Part shown: positions 18,665 to 28,067 of the stretch, in pieces
Layout: each line of letters opens with the position of its first letter
Numbering within the stretch: the first letter of the stretch is position 1
Assembly: GCA_938005265.1 (NCBI GenBank)
Contig: CALLOA010000052.1
Coordinates: 1,408-65,407, forward strand
DNA: 64,000 nucleotides
Source of the DNA: an uncultured Granulosicoccaceae bacterium
GTDB lineage: Bacteria; Pseudomonadota; Gammaproteobacteria; Granulosicoccales; Granulosicoccaceae
Direction of reading: 5' to 3'
Made by a program: the position numbers and the translations under genes
Notes under the pieces: model-generated
What the model was told of the DNA's origin: nothing
Databases searched by the model: none
The model's input: only the letters and a program-made list of their open reading frames with translations

Positions 18665-19708
18665 GTGCAAGCGGTCTATTTTTTAGGTGATCGTGAAATC
18701 GAGTTTCGTGAGGTAGCTGATCCCGAGCCCGGTCCCGGTGAAGTGGTTCTTGAGATCAAGGCCTCGGGTATGTGTGGTAGTGATCTGAAATTCTATCGCA
18801 CCAAGGGAGGTCCGCAGGCGTTTGGTCTTGGTGGCGATGGCAATCCCGTGATCGCCGGTCATGAACCTTGTGGTGAGGTGGCGGCTTTAGGGGAAGGGGT
18901 GTCGGCTAAGCGTATCAAAATCGGCCAACGCATGATGAATCACCATTATCAGGGTTGTGGGTGCTGCCCGCATTGCCGCACCGGCTGGGGCCAGATGTGC
19001 GATGAAGGTTCTGTCGTTTTCGGGGTTACTGGTAATGGAGCACATGCTCAGTACATGAAGGTGCCCGTGGAAACGCTGATTGATCTCCCGGACGGCTTAA
19101 GTTTCAAGTCGGGTGCCGCAATTTCCTGTGGTACCGGTACCGCCTTTGGTGCTCTGCAACGTCTGGAATTGCGTGGCACCGACACGCTGGCAGTGTTCGG
19201 GCAAGGGCCGGTAGGGCTCAGTGCCACGCAGCTTGCTAACGCTATGGGTGCTCGTGTTATAGCCCTTGATGTTGACCCGCAACGACTTGGTCGTGCCACT
19301 GCCTTTGGTGCCGATGCTGTTGTCGATGCGACCAGCGATGGAGTCGTAGAACAGTTGATGGAGCTGACTAACGGGCGCGGGGTCGAGTGCGCGATGGATT
19401 GCAGTTCTTCAGCCATTGCCCGGTCACAGGCGCTGAAAGCCGCAGCTAAGTGGGGCCGGGTAGCGTTTGTTGGTGAAGGTGGTGAAGTCACGGTAGATGT
19501 CAGTACCGATATGCTGAGGAAACAGCTCACGGTTCTGGGGTCCTGGACATTTAGTCGTGTCGGCCAGGCTGACTGCGCACGTTTTTGCATCGAACGTGGT
19601 GTCGATGTCGATGCCCTGTTTACCGATGAATGGTCCCTGTCGGACGCGGTTGAAGCCTACGCCAAATTTGACCAGCAAAATACCGGAAAGGGTGTACTGG
19701 TCCCCTGA
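18665..19708 (+). CDS. Zinc-dependent MDR alcohol dehydrogenase
   Basis: 347 aa with a GTG start. Motifs are GMCGSDLKFY, GHEPCGEV, the structural-Zn cluster GCGCCPHCRTG and the Rossmann motif VFGQGPVGL. Confidence 0.85.
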   Translation: MQAVYFLGDREIEFREVADPEPGPGEVVLEIKASGMCGSDLKFYRTKGGPQAFGLGGDGNPVIAGHEPCGEVAALGEGVSAKRIKIGQRMMNHHYQGCGCCPHCRTGWGQMCDEGSVVFGVTGNGAHAQYMKVPVETLIDLPDGLSFKSGAAISCGTGTAFGALQRLELRGTDTLAVFGQGPVGLSATQLANAMGARVIALDVDPQRLGRATAFGADAVVDATSDGVVEQLMELTNGRGVECAMDCSSSAIARSQALKAAAKWGRVAFVGEGGEVTVDVSTDMLRKQLTVLGSWTFSRVGQADCARFCIERGVDVDALFTDEWSLSDAVEAYAKFDQQNTGKGVLVP

Positions 19709-19831
19709 GTTCGCTGTCGGCTATGTTTAAGTCGCTGCAATATCATTTCCCTGTCTGTTACCACAGTACCTGCTGTGGCGCTTGATGTACCATCGCCACA
19801 ACCGACCTAATTAGCTACTTGCAGGTTTGCC

Positions 19832-20743
19832 ATGTCTCTGGAATTCAATAAAGAAGTATTTATCACCTGTGCGGTGACAGGCTCAGGAAGCTCACAGGAT
19901 AAATCCGAACATGTACCGCGTAGCCCCAGGCAAATAGCTGAGAGCGCAATCGATGCCGCAAGGGCAGGAGCAGCGGTTGTACATTGTCATGTAAGAGACC
20001 CTGAAACAGGGGTACCCAGCCGAAAGCCCGAATATTACCGTGAACTCACCGACCGAATTCGTGACGCTGATATTGATGTCGTGTTGAATCTTACCGCTGG
20101 TATGGGCGGAGATATGGTTTTCGGTGGTGTTGAATCACCGCTACCTTTGCAGGAAAAGTCCACTGATATGGCCGGAGCCACCGAGCGGCTAGTCCATGTC
20201 GCTGAGTGCCTGCCTGAAATCTGCACGCTGGACTGCGGCACGATGAATTTCGCAGAAGCTGATTACGTCATGACAAACACGCCGGGAATGTTGCGTGAGA
20301 TGGCTGCTCAGATCAAGGCGTTGGGAGTGCGCCCTGAAATCGAAGCTTTTGATACAGGTCATCTCTGGTTTGCAAAACAACTGGTATCAGAAGGTCTGAT
20401 CGAAGAGCCCGTGCTTATTCAGTTGTGTATGGGCATTCCCTGGGGCGCTCCCGCTGACCTCAATACACTAATGGCAATGGTCAACAACCTGCCTGCTAAC
20501 AGCCATTTCTCTGCATTCTCGATCGGTCGTGATCAGATGCCTTATGCAGCTGCGGCGGTGGCCGCAGGCGGGAATGTACGTGTTGGATTGGAAGACAATA
20601 TCTGGCTGGAAAAAGGGGTACTTGCAACCAATGCACAGCTGGTTGAAAAAGCTGCAACGATTGTTACCAATATGGGAGCGTCAATAATCGGCCCTCAGCA
20701 AGTACGCGAGCGACTGGCTTTGACCAAACGGGCGCCGGTTTAG
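19832..20743 (+). CDS. Beta-keto acid cleavage enzyme (BKACE / DUF849; 3-keto-5-aminohexanoate cleavage family)
   Basis: 303 aa with FITCAVTGSGS and AAVVHCHVRDPETG, and the length typical of BKACE. Confidence 0.8.
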   Translation: MSLEFNKEVFITCAVTGSGSSQDKSEHVPRSPRQIAESAIDAARAGAAVVHCHVRDPETGVPSRKPEYYRELTDRIRDADIDVVLNLTAGMGGDMVFGGVESPLPLQEKSTDMAGATERLVHVAECLPEICTLDCGTMNFAEADYVMTNTPGMLREMAAQIKALGVRPEIEAFDTGHLWFAKQLVSEGLIEEPVLIQLCMGIPWGAPADLNTLMAMVNNLPANSHFSAFSIGRDQMPYAAAAVAAGGNVRVGLEDNIWLEKGVLATNAQLVEKAATIVTNMGASIIGPQQVRERLALTKRAPV

Positions 20744-20784
20744 AAACGGGCACCGGTCTGGACCAACGGGAACCGGTCTGGCAG
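20727..20784. repeat. Tandem triplication of the BKACE gene 3-prime end (18 + 20 + 20 bp)
   Basis: AACGGGCGCCGGTTTAGA (the last codons plus the stop) is followed by AACGGGCACCGGTCTGGACC and AACGGGAACCGGTCTGGCAG. Confidence 0.85.
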
Positions 20785-20874
20785 TTTCACCTTGACTGCG
20801 TTAACACCTGTTTTGAGCGTTCCCGGCAACTGTGTTTACGTAGAGTTTTTTTGTAACTAATCAGGTAACAGTCT

Positions 20875-21909
20875 ATGTCGCAGAAAACGGCAGCAGTAAT
20901 TGGTGGAGGTGTCATAGGCGGGGGCTGGGCTGCGCGTTTTTTGATGCATGGCTGGCGCGTCAATATTTTTGATCCCGACCCGGAAGCGCCACGCAAAATC
21001 GGCGAAGTACTCGATAATGCCAGAGCCTCCTTTCCCGGGATGCTGGATGCGAAACTACCACCGGAAGGTGAGCTGGTTTACTGTGACTCCATCTCTGAAG
21101 CCGTTGTTCAGGCTGCCTGGATACAGGAAAGTGTTCCTGAGAGACTGGACATAAAGCACAGCACATTGGGTGAAATAGTAGCGGCCGCAAATGATGAAGC
21201 CCTGATCGGTAGTTCCACATCCGGCTTCAAGCCCTCGGAACTACAGCAGGCGATCGATTGCCCGCAGCGCCTGATGGTTGCCCATCCTTTTAACCCCGTT
21301 TATTTACTGCCCCTGGTGGAACTGGTTGCCGGTGATGCCGGCACAGTGGAAAACATTGAACGCGCCAAACAGATACTGTCGAGCGTAGGTATGAAACCGC
21401 TGGTAGTGCGCAAGGAAATTGATGCGCATATTGCCGATCGATTTCTTGAAGCGGTCTGGCGCGAAGGCCTATGGTTGATCAAGGATGGTGTGGCGACTAC
21501 CGAAGAAATTGATGATGCCATTCGCTACGGCTTTGGTTTGCGTTGGGCGCAGATGGGGTTATTTGAGACATACAGAATCGCAGGTGGTGAAGCCGGCATG
21601 CGCCATTTTATTGAACAGTTCGGGCCCTGCCTCTCATGGCCCTGGACCAAATTGATGGATGTGCCGGAACTGGATGACGAACTGATTGACAAAATTGCCA
21701 CGCAATCGGATCAGCAATCGGGGCAACACACGATTAGAGAGCTTGAGCGTATTCGCGATAATAACCTGGTGGGTATCATGCGCGCACTGAAAGAAACAGA
21801 TTGGGGTGCCGGGCGCTTGCTGCGCGAACATGACGCGCAACTTCGAAGTAATTTGGGTGCTGCCAATGAATCACACCCGCGTGATGAGCATTCCGATCGC
21901 GAATCCTGA
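20875..21909 (+). CDS. 3-hydroxyacyl-CoA-dehydrogenase-family enzyme, L-carnitine dehydrogenase-like
   Basis: 344 aa with the N-terminal Rossmann motif AAVIGGGVIGGGWAARF. Pairing with a BKACE gene is the hallmark of carnitine-type catabolism. Confidence 0.7.
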   Translation: MSQKTAAVIGGGVIGGGWAARFLMHGWRVNIFDPDPEAPRKIGEVLDNARASFPGMLDAKLPPEGELVYCDSISEAVVQAAWIQESVPERLDIKHSTLGEIVAAANDEALIGSSTSGFKPSELQQAIDCPQRLMVAHPFNPVYLLPLVELVAGDAGTVENIERAKQILSSVGMKPLVVRKEIDAHIADRFLEAVWREGLWLIKDGVATTEEIDDAIRYGFGLRWAQMGLFETYRIAGGEAGMRHFIEQFGPCLSWPWTKLMDVPELDDELIDKIATQSDQQSGQHTIRELERIRDNNLVGIMRALKETDWGAGRLLREHDAQLRSNLGAANESHPRDEHSDRES

Positions 21910-21970
21910 AAAAGTCTTGTTAACCATAAACTTTAAGCAAGATCACATGCCTTTAACAGGAGTTACCTAA

Positions 21971-23131
21971 ATGCACTTTGGCCTGAGTGACGAACAGCAG
22001 ATGATCGTCGACACCGTGCGTACCTTTGTGGAAACCGAAATCTACCCGCATGAGGACGAGGTTGAACGCAGCGGCGAAGTGAGTGATGAGCTTGCCAATC
22101 AAATAAAGCAGAAATGTATTGACTCGGGATTCTATGCGGCGAACTTGCCGGAAGAGGTAGGTGGTGGCGGTTTGAATCATCTGGATTTTACGCTGTTGGA
22201 ACGTGAGCTTGGCCGAAGCAGCATGGCACTCAATCATTTCTTCGGCCGTCCGTCCGGTATTTTGATGGCATGCAATGATGAACAGCGTGAACGCTATTTG
22301 TTGCCAGCGGTGCGTGGCGAGCGCATGGATGCCTTGGCTATGACCGAGCCTGCAGCAGGCTCTGATGTTCGTGGTATGAAGTGCAGCGCCCGGCTTGACG
22401 GTGGTGATTGGGTAGTCAACGGTAGTAAACATTTTATTTCACATGCCAATGTTGCAGATTTTGTCATTGTGTTTATTGCGACCGGTGAAGAAGAAACCGA
22501 GCGTGGTGTGAAAAAGAAAATTACCTGTTTTCTGGTCGACCGGGGTACTCCCGGCTTTGAAATCCTGCCCGGTTATGAATCGGTATCACACCGTGGTTAC
22601 AAGAATTGCATCTTGCAGTTTGATGACTGCCGTCTACCACAGTCCCAGATTCTGGGTGAATTGCACCGTGGTTTCGATATCGCGAATGAATGGCTCTATG
22701 CAACACGTATTTCCGTGGCAGCTTTCTGTGTTGGGCGTGCGCGTCGTGTTCTGGATCTCGTGTTACCCCATGCAGCTGAGCGTGAACAGTTCGGGCAGCC
22801 CATTGGCAGATTTCAGGGCGTATCTTTCCAGTTAGCCGATATGGTGACCGCTATTGATGCGGCCGACTGGTTAACCTTGTCGGCAGCCTGGCGTCTTGAT
22901 CAGGGCTTGCCGGCAAATCGTGAGATTGCCAGTGCCAAAGTAAATGCGTCTGAAATGCTGGCAAGTGTTACGGACACGGCCATTCAGATATTCGGTGGCA
23001 TGGGTTTAATGCAGGATTTGCCGCTGGAGCGTTTCTGGCGTGATGCGCGGGTTGAGCGAATCTGGGATGGAACGTCTGAAATCCAGCGCCATATTATCGG
23101 TCGTGAGTTGCTAAGGCCTTTGGGCTGCTAG
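21971..23131 (+). CDS. Acyl-CoA dehydrogenase
   Basis: 386 aa with LAMTEPAAGSD and the C-terminal RIWDGTSEIQRHIIGREL. Confidence 0.9.
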   Translation: MHFGLSDEQQMIVDTVRTFVETEIYPHEDEVERSGEVSDELANQIKQKCIDSGFYAANLPEEVGGGGLNHLDFTLLERELGRSSMALNHFFGRPSGILMACNDEQRERYLLPAVRGERMDALAMTEPAAGSDVRGMKCSARLDGGDWVVNGSKHFISHANVADFVIVFIATGEEETERGVKKKITCFLVDRGTPGFEILPGYESVSHRGYKNCILQFDDCRLPQSQILGELHRGFDIANEWLYATRISVAAFCVGRARRVLDLVLPHAAEREQFGQPIGRFQGVSFQLADMVTAIDAADWLTLSAAWRLDQGLPANREIASAKVNASEMLASVTDTAIQIFGGMGLMQDLPLERFWRDARVERIWDGTSEIQRHIIGRELLRPLGC

Positions 23132-23182
23132 GCCCTGGATGACTGTTGTTGATTTCTTACGGCCTGACTTGCCAGAATCCTG

Positions 23183-25354
23183 ATGATGAAAGCACCTCAG
23201 CTTCACCCCGATCTTTCGCGACTGTTGCGACCTGCATCGATCGTCGTGATTGGTGGAAGTTGGGCCAGCAACGTTGTCGAGCAGTGCCTTAAGGCGGGCT
23301 ATAACGGTGATATCTGGCCCGTGCATCCCAGCAAGACTGAAGTAGGTGGATTACCTTGCTATGCCTCTCTGGATGATTTACCTGCAGCACCCGATGCAGC
23401 GTTTGTTGGTATTAATCGCGATGCTTCAATCGAAGTGATTAATGCACTGAGTCGCATGAACTGTGGTGGGGCCATCTGTTTTGCATCCGGCTTCAGCGAA
23501 GCCAGCGCAGAGGACGAGCGTGGTGATGAATTGCAGCAATCACTGGTTCGTGCTGCGGGCAACATGCCAATTATCGGGCCCAACTGCTATGGCGTTCTTA
23601 ACTATATTGATGGCGCCATGTTGTGGCCGGATCAACACGGTGGTATCACCTGTGAGCGTGGTGTAGCTCTACTGACACAGTCTTCGAATATTGCCATCAG
23701 TCTTACCATGCAACAGCGCGGACTGCCCATCGCCTATGTGATGACAGCTGGTAACCAGGCGCAGTTATCGCTGGGGCAGTTGGGTGCCGCGATGCTTGCA
23801 GATGAGCGCGTAACCGCCTTGGGTATGTATATTGAAGGCTTTGGCGATTTACGTGATTTCGAGAATATGGCTGCAGATGCACGCCGTCTGGGCAAGCCTG
23901 TTGTTGCCATAAAAGCCGGGCGCTCGCAGGCATCCCGGCTTGCCATGCAATCACACACCAACTCTCTTGCGGGTGATGATGCTGCGTCTGCAGCCTTCAT
24001 GCAGCGCCTTGGTGTTGCGCGTGTTAACTCAATGACCGTGCTGGTTGAATCACTCAAGTTGCTTCATTTCAATGGCCCCCTTGCAGGTATCCGGGTTCAG
24101 TCAATGAGCTGTTCAGGAGGTGAAGCGTCCATGATGGCAGATGCAGCAGAGTTGGTGGCTATCGAATACCCGGCCCTTGAAGAAGCCCAGGAGCAGGCTT
24201 TGCGTGCTGCACTGGGGCCACTGGTTGCATTGGCCAATCCACTCGATTATCACACCTACATATGGGATGATTTTGCGGCGATGACGCGTGCCTTTGCTGC
24301 CATGATGCAAGGCAAAGCGGATATCACCTGTCTGTTGCTGGACTTTCCGCGTGGTGATCGTTGTTCGGCGGAAAGTTGGTATACCGCGGTGGATGCGCTG
24401 GCAGAAGCTGCCCGCAAAACAGGAAGAACCGCCGCGGTGTTGGCTACACTGCCGGAAAATCTGGGAGAATCCGATTCTGACTACATAGCTGCACGCGGTC
24501 TGGTGCCATTGTGTGGTATCGAAGATGGCTTGCAAGCTATAGTAGCTGCTGCGAACTGCAGCGCAGGGCTGCACAAAACACCACAACCACTAGCCTTGCC
24601 CGGGCTCGATTCTGTTGCAGCAAATGGCAGTTCTGTCCAGGTGCGCGAACTAAGCGAGTCATCGGCCAAACAGGTTCTATCGTTGGCAGGCCTCCTGGTG
24701 CCTGCATCTGTTGAAGTACCCGTCTCTCTGGCAATTGATGAAGAAGCGGGCGGTGCTGAGTTGCGTAAAAGATTGCAAGACCTGGAATTTCCAGTGGTGT
24801 TGAAAGCACAAGGCGTGTTGCACAAAACCGATGTTGGTGGTGTTGTCACCGGTATAGCAAATCAGTCGCAATTATTGCTGGAAATGCAAGGCATGAATCA
24901 ACGCCTGGCCGGGCAGGTGCTGGCAGATGGAAATGGCTCGTCCGTGCAGCGACCAGCCAGTGCTTCGTTTCTGGTCGAACAGCAGGTGGAGCAAGTGGTC
25001 GCCGAATTGTTAGTGAGTGTCGTGCGTGATCCGGTGCTGGGGTTGATGTTGACAGTCGCGTCCGGTGGCACTCAGACCGAATTGCTTCGGGATAGTGCGC
25101 ATTTATTGTTACCGCTTGAGCGCGATGAAATCATTGAAGCTATTGAATCACTTAAGGTCGTCAGGTTGTTGAAGGGCTTTCGTGGTCGCGCAGCTGCTGA
25201 TATGGCTGCTGTGCATGAGGCGATTGAGCTAGTTGCAAAACTGGCGCTGCAAAAACGTGACACCTTACTCGAGCTGGAGATCAATCCGCTACTTTGCACC
25301 CCTAACGCCTGTGTTGCTGGCGATGCTATTTTGCGATTTGAAGAATCCGATTGA
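23183..25354 (+). CDS. ADP-forming acyl-CoA synthetase (fused CoA-binding/ligase-CoA/ATP-grasp)
   Basis: 723 aa. It has an N-terminal CoA-binding Rossmann (SIVVIGGS), a succinyl-CoA-synthetase-like middle region, and a C-terminal ATP-grasp (FPVVLKAQGVLHKTDVGGV). Confidence 0.8.
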   Translation: MMKAPQLHPDLSRLLRPASIVVIGGSWASNVVEQCLKAGYNGDIWPVHPSKTEVGGLPCYASLDDLPAAPDAAFVGINRDASIEVINALSRMNCGGAICFASGFSEASAEDERGDELQQSLVRAAGNMPIIGPNCYGVLNYIDGAMLWPDQHGGITCERGVALLTQSSNIAISLTMQQRGLPIAYVMTAGNQAQLSLGQLGAAMLADERVTALGMYIEGFGDLRDFENMAADARRLGKPVVAIKAGRSQASRLAMQSHTNSLAGDDAASAAFMQRLGVARVNSMTVLVESLKLLHFNGPLAGIRVQSMSCSGGEASMMADAAELVAIEYPALEEAQEQALRAALGPLVALANPLDYHTYIWDDFAAMTRAFAAMMQGKADITCLLLDFPRGDRCSAESWYTAVDALAEAARKTGRTAAVLATLPENLGESDSDYIAARGLVPLCGIEDGLQAIVAAANCSAGLHKTPQPLALPGLDSVAANGSSVQVRELSESSAKQVLSLAGLLVPASVEVPVSLAIDEEAGGAELRKRLQDLEFPVVLKAQGVLHKTDVGGVVTGIANQSQLLLEMQGMNQRLAGQVLADGNGSSVQRPASASFLVEQQVEQVVAELLVSVVRDPVLGLMLTVASGGTQTELLRDSAHLLLPLERDEIIEAIESLKVVRLLKGFRGRAAADMAAVHEAIELVAKLALQKRDTLLELEINPLLCTPNACVAGDAILRFEESD

Positions 25355-25364
25355 ATAAACCGAT

Positions 25365-26210
25365 ATGAATGATAAAAGTAACCCGCAAACTGCTAATTCC
25401 GGTTTGCCTGCTGATTGGCGATCAATGGATCATGAGCCGCTGCGCACGCGTGTCAAAGGTCATATATTGGAAGTAACCCTTGATCGCCCCAAAGCTAATG
25501 CCATAGACCTGGCTACCAGCAGACTGATGGGCGAGCTGTTCATGAACTTTCGTGATGATGATGAACTACGAGTGGCGATCTTGCGTTCGGCTGGTGAAAA
25601 ATTCTTTTGCCCCGGCTGGGATCTGAAAGCTGCGGCTGATGGTGATGCCGTTGACGGTGATTACGGTATCGGCGGTTTTGGTGGTTTGCAGGAACTGGGT
25701 AATCTGAATAAACCGGTTGTCTGTGCCGTTCAGGGCATCTGTTGCGGCGGCGGCTTGGAACTGGCATTGTCGGCTGATCTGATCATTGCGACAGAAGAAG
25801 CCAGCTTTGCCTTGCCCGAGATTCGATCTGGCACAGTGGCTGACGCAGCTTCGGTGAAATTGCCCAAGCGAATTCCCTATCACGTTGCGATGGATCTGCT
25901 ATTAACCGGTCGTTGGTTCGATGCTGAAGAAGCCTTGCGTCTTGGTTTACTTCGCGAAATCTGCAAGCCTGATGAGCTTGATGAAAAAATTTGGGAGCTT
26001 GCCGAGCTGCTGGCTTCTGGGCCGCCACTGGTAATGGCTGCTATCAAAGAAGTGGTACGAGAGTCCGAGGACAGTAAATTTCAGGATGCATTGAACCGAA
26101 TTACCACGCGCCAGTTGCAAACCGTTGACAGGCTCTATTCTTCCGAGGATCAGCTGGAAGGTGCGCGGGCATTTGCAGAAAAGCGTGATCCTGTGTGGAA
26201 AGGGCGATGA
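25365..26210 (+). CDS. Enoyl-CoA hydratase/isomerase (crotonase), CaiD-like
   Basis: 281 aa with VCAVQGICCGGGLELALSADLIIA and ALPEIRSG. The start is 10 nt after the upstream stop. Confidence 0.85.
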   Translation: MNDKSNPQTANSGLPADWRSMDHEPLRTRVKGHILEVTLDRPKANAIDLATSRLMGELFMNFRDDDELRVAILRSAGEKFFCPGWDLKAAADGDAVDGDYGIGGFGGLQELGNLNKPVVCAVQGICCGGGLELALSADLIIATEEASFALPEIRSGTVADAASVKLPKRIPYHVAMDLLLTGRWFDAEEALRLGLLREICKPDELDEKIWELAELLASGPPLVMAAIKEVVRESEDSKFQDALNRITTRQLQTVDRLYSSEDQLEGARAFAEKRDPVWKGR

Positions 26211-26308
26211 TTCTAAATGGCGCTGACTAAACTACCGATCAATCCGTAATTTCGACTGTAATCCCATTTTTCGTCACTGATATAACCGTTATCAACTATC
26301 CTTTGAGC

Positions 26309-28054
26309 ATGTCCGTATTCCAGCAACATCTTGCCAGCCTCGTATCCTCTGCTTTCGAAAAAGCACTGGCCAGTCGTACCGACGACGTTCAATCGCTATT
26401 GCCGGTAAATCCGCAATTGCAGAATAGTCAGCACGCACATCTACAAGCGAATGCTGCCATGGCACTGGCTAAGCGGCTTAAAACCAATCCGCGTGAGCTC
26501 GCCAATGAAGTGGCGGCAACACTTGGCAGTGAGACTACGTTTGCCAAAGTAGAAGTTGCCGGCCCCGGGTTTATTAACCTTACGCTATCAGATGAATTTA
26601 TCGGTCAGCAACTCGGTAATTTGCAAACTGATGAAAAGCTTGGCGTATCGGCCACAACTTCATCGACTATCGTGGTTGACTACTCAGCGCCAAATGTTGC
26701 AAAGGAAATGCATGTTGGTCACCTGCGTTCCACCATTATTGGCGATGCCTGTGTACGTCTTTTTGAATGGCAAGGGCACAAGGTGTTGCGGCGTAATCAT
26801 ATAGGTGACTGGGGTACGCCATTTGGTATGCTTATAGAACACCTGCTTGATATTGGTGAATCACAAGCTACTGAAGAGTTATCTCTGGGGGACCTGAATA
26901 CTTTCTATCGTGCAGCGCGGCAAAAGTTTGAAGCTGATACAAGTTTTCAGGAGCGTGCGCGTGGCCGGGTCGTTAAATTGCAATCAGGTGATAAGGAAAC
27001 TTTACGCCTATGGCAACTACTGATAGAGCAATCCCAGAGTTACTTTGTCAGTGTTTACAAGAGTATGGATGTGCGTCTGGATGGCACCGAGTTTTATGGA
27101 GAGAGTGCCTACAATGACATGCTGCAACCTACATTGGCAGAACTGCAGGAAAAGGGTTTGATCAAAGCGAGTGATGGGGCTGAGTGCCTTTACCCTGATG
27201 GATTTCTCAATCGTGATAAACAACCATTGCCGCTGATAGTTAAAAAAAGTGATGGTGGATTCGGTTATGCAGCGACTGACCTTGCTGCCATCCGCAATCG
27301 CATCAATGATCTTGATGCCGACAGAATTCTTTATGTTGTTGGTGCGCCACAGAAACAACACCTTGATATGGTGTACGAGGGTGCACGAATGGCCGGGTGG
27401 CTCAAGGCACCGATCACCGCTGAACACATTAGCTTTGGTTCTGTGTTGGGAACAGACGGCAAGATGTTCAAAAGCCGCTCCGGTGATACCGTTAAGCTGG
27501 CTGAATTGCTGGATGAAGCAATCAAGCGCGCGCTGGCTGTTATTGAAGAGAAGAATCCTGATTTGTCGCAGCAGGAACGGCTGCAGGTTGCCGAATCAGT
27601 CGGCATAGGGGCTGTCAAGTACGCAGATCTGTCCAGCGAACGCACCAAGGACTATGTTTTCGATTTTGAGCAGATGTTGGCACTTGAAGGCAACACTGCC
27701 CCTTATCTGCAATATGCCCATGCACGTATACAGTCGATTTTGCGCCAGGCTGACGAGGCAGAACTGGGTGGTCAGATTACTCCGCATCACGATAGCGAAC
27801 GCGCACTTGCCTTGCAATTGTTGCGATTCGCCGACGTGGTTCGTGAAGTGACTGACACATTGCTCTTCCACCGTTTGGCCACTTGGTTGTATGAATCCGC
27901 GTCTGCTTACTCTTCGTTCTACAACAATTGCCCGGTACTCAAAGCTGAGGATAACGAGACCCGACGTAGCCGACTCGCCCTATGCCAACTCACGGCCAGT
28001 GCTCTTGCGTCCGGGCTGGGTTTGTTGGGAATTAAGGCGCCTGACAGAATGTAG
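26309..28054 (+). CDS. argS: Arginine--tRNA ligase
   Basis: 581 aa from ATG 26309. It has the HIGH motif HVGHLRS, the KMSKS-equivalent MFKSRSG and a DALR-type C-terminal domain. Confidence 0.95.
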   Translation: MSVFQQHLASLVSSAFEKALASRTDDVQSLLPVNPQLQNSQHAHLQANAAMALAKRLKTNPRELANEVAATLGSETTFAKVEVAGPGFINLTLSDEFIGQQLGNLQTDEKLGVSATTSSTIVVDYSAPNVAKEMHVGHLRSTIIGDACVRLFEWQGHKVLRRNHIGDWGTPFGMLIEHLLDIGESQATEELSLGDLNTFYRAARQKFEADTSFQERARGRVVKLQSGDKETLRLWQLLIEQSQSYFVSVYKSMDVRLDGTEFYGESAYNDMLQPTLAELQEKGLIKASDGAECLYPDGFLNRDKQPLPLIVKKSDGGFGYAATDLAAIRNRINDLDADRILYVVGAPQKQHLDMVYEGARMAGWLKAPITAEHISFGSVLGTDGKMFKSRSGDTVKLAELLDEAIKRALAVIEEKNPDLSQQERLQVAESVGIGAVKYADLSSERTKDYVFDFEQMLALEGNTAPYLQYAHARIQSILRQADEAELGGQITPHHDSERALALQLLRFADVVREVTDTLLFHRLATWLYESASAYSSFYNNCPVLKAEDNETRRSRLALCQLTASALASGLGLLGIKAPDRM

Positions 28055-28067
28055 CAGGGTTCACTAA

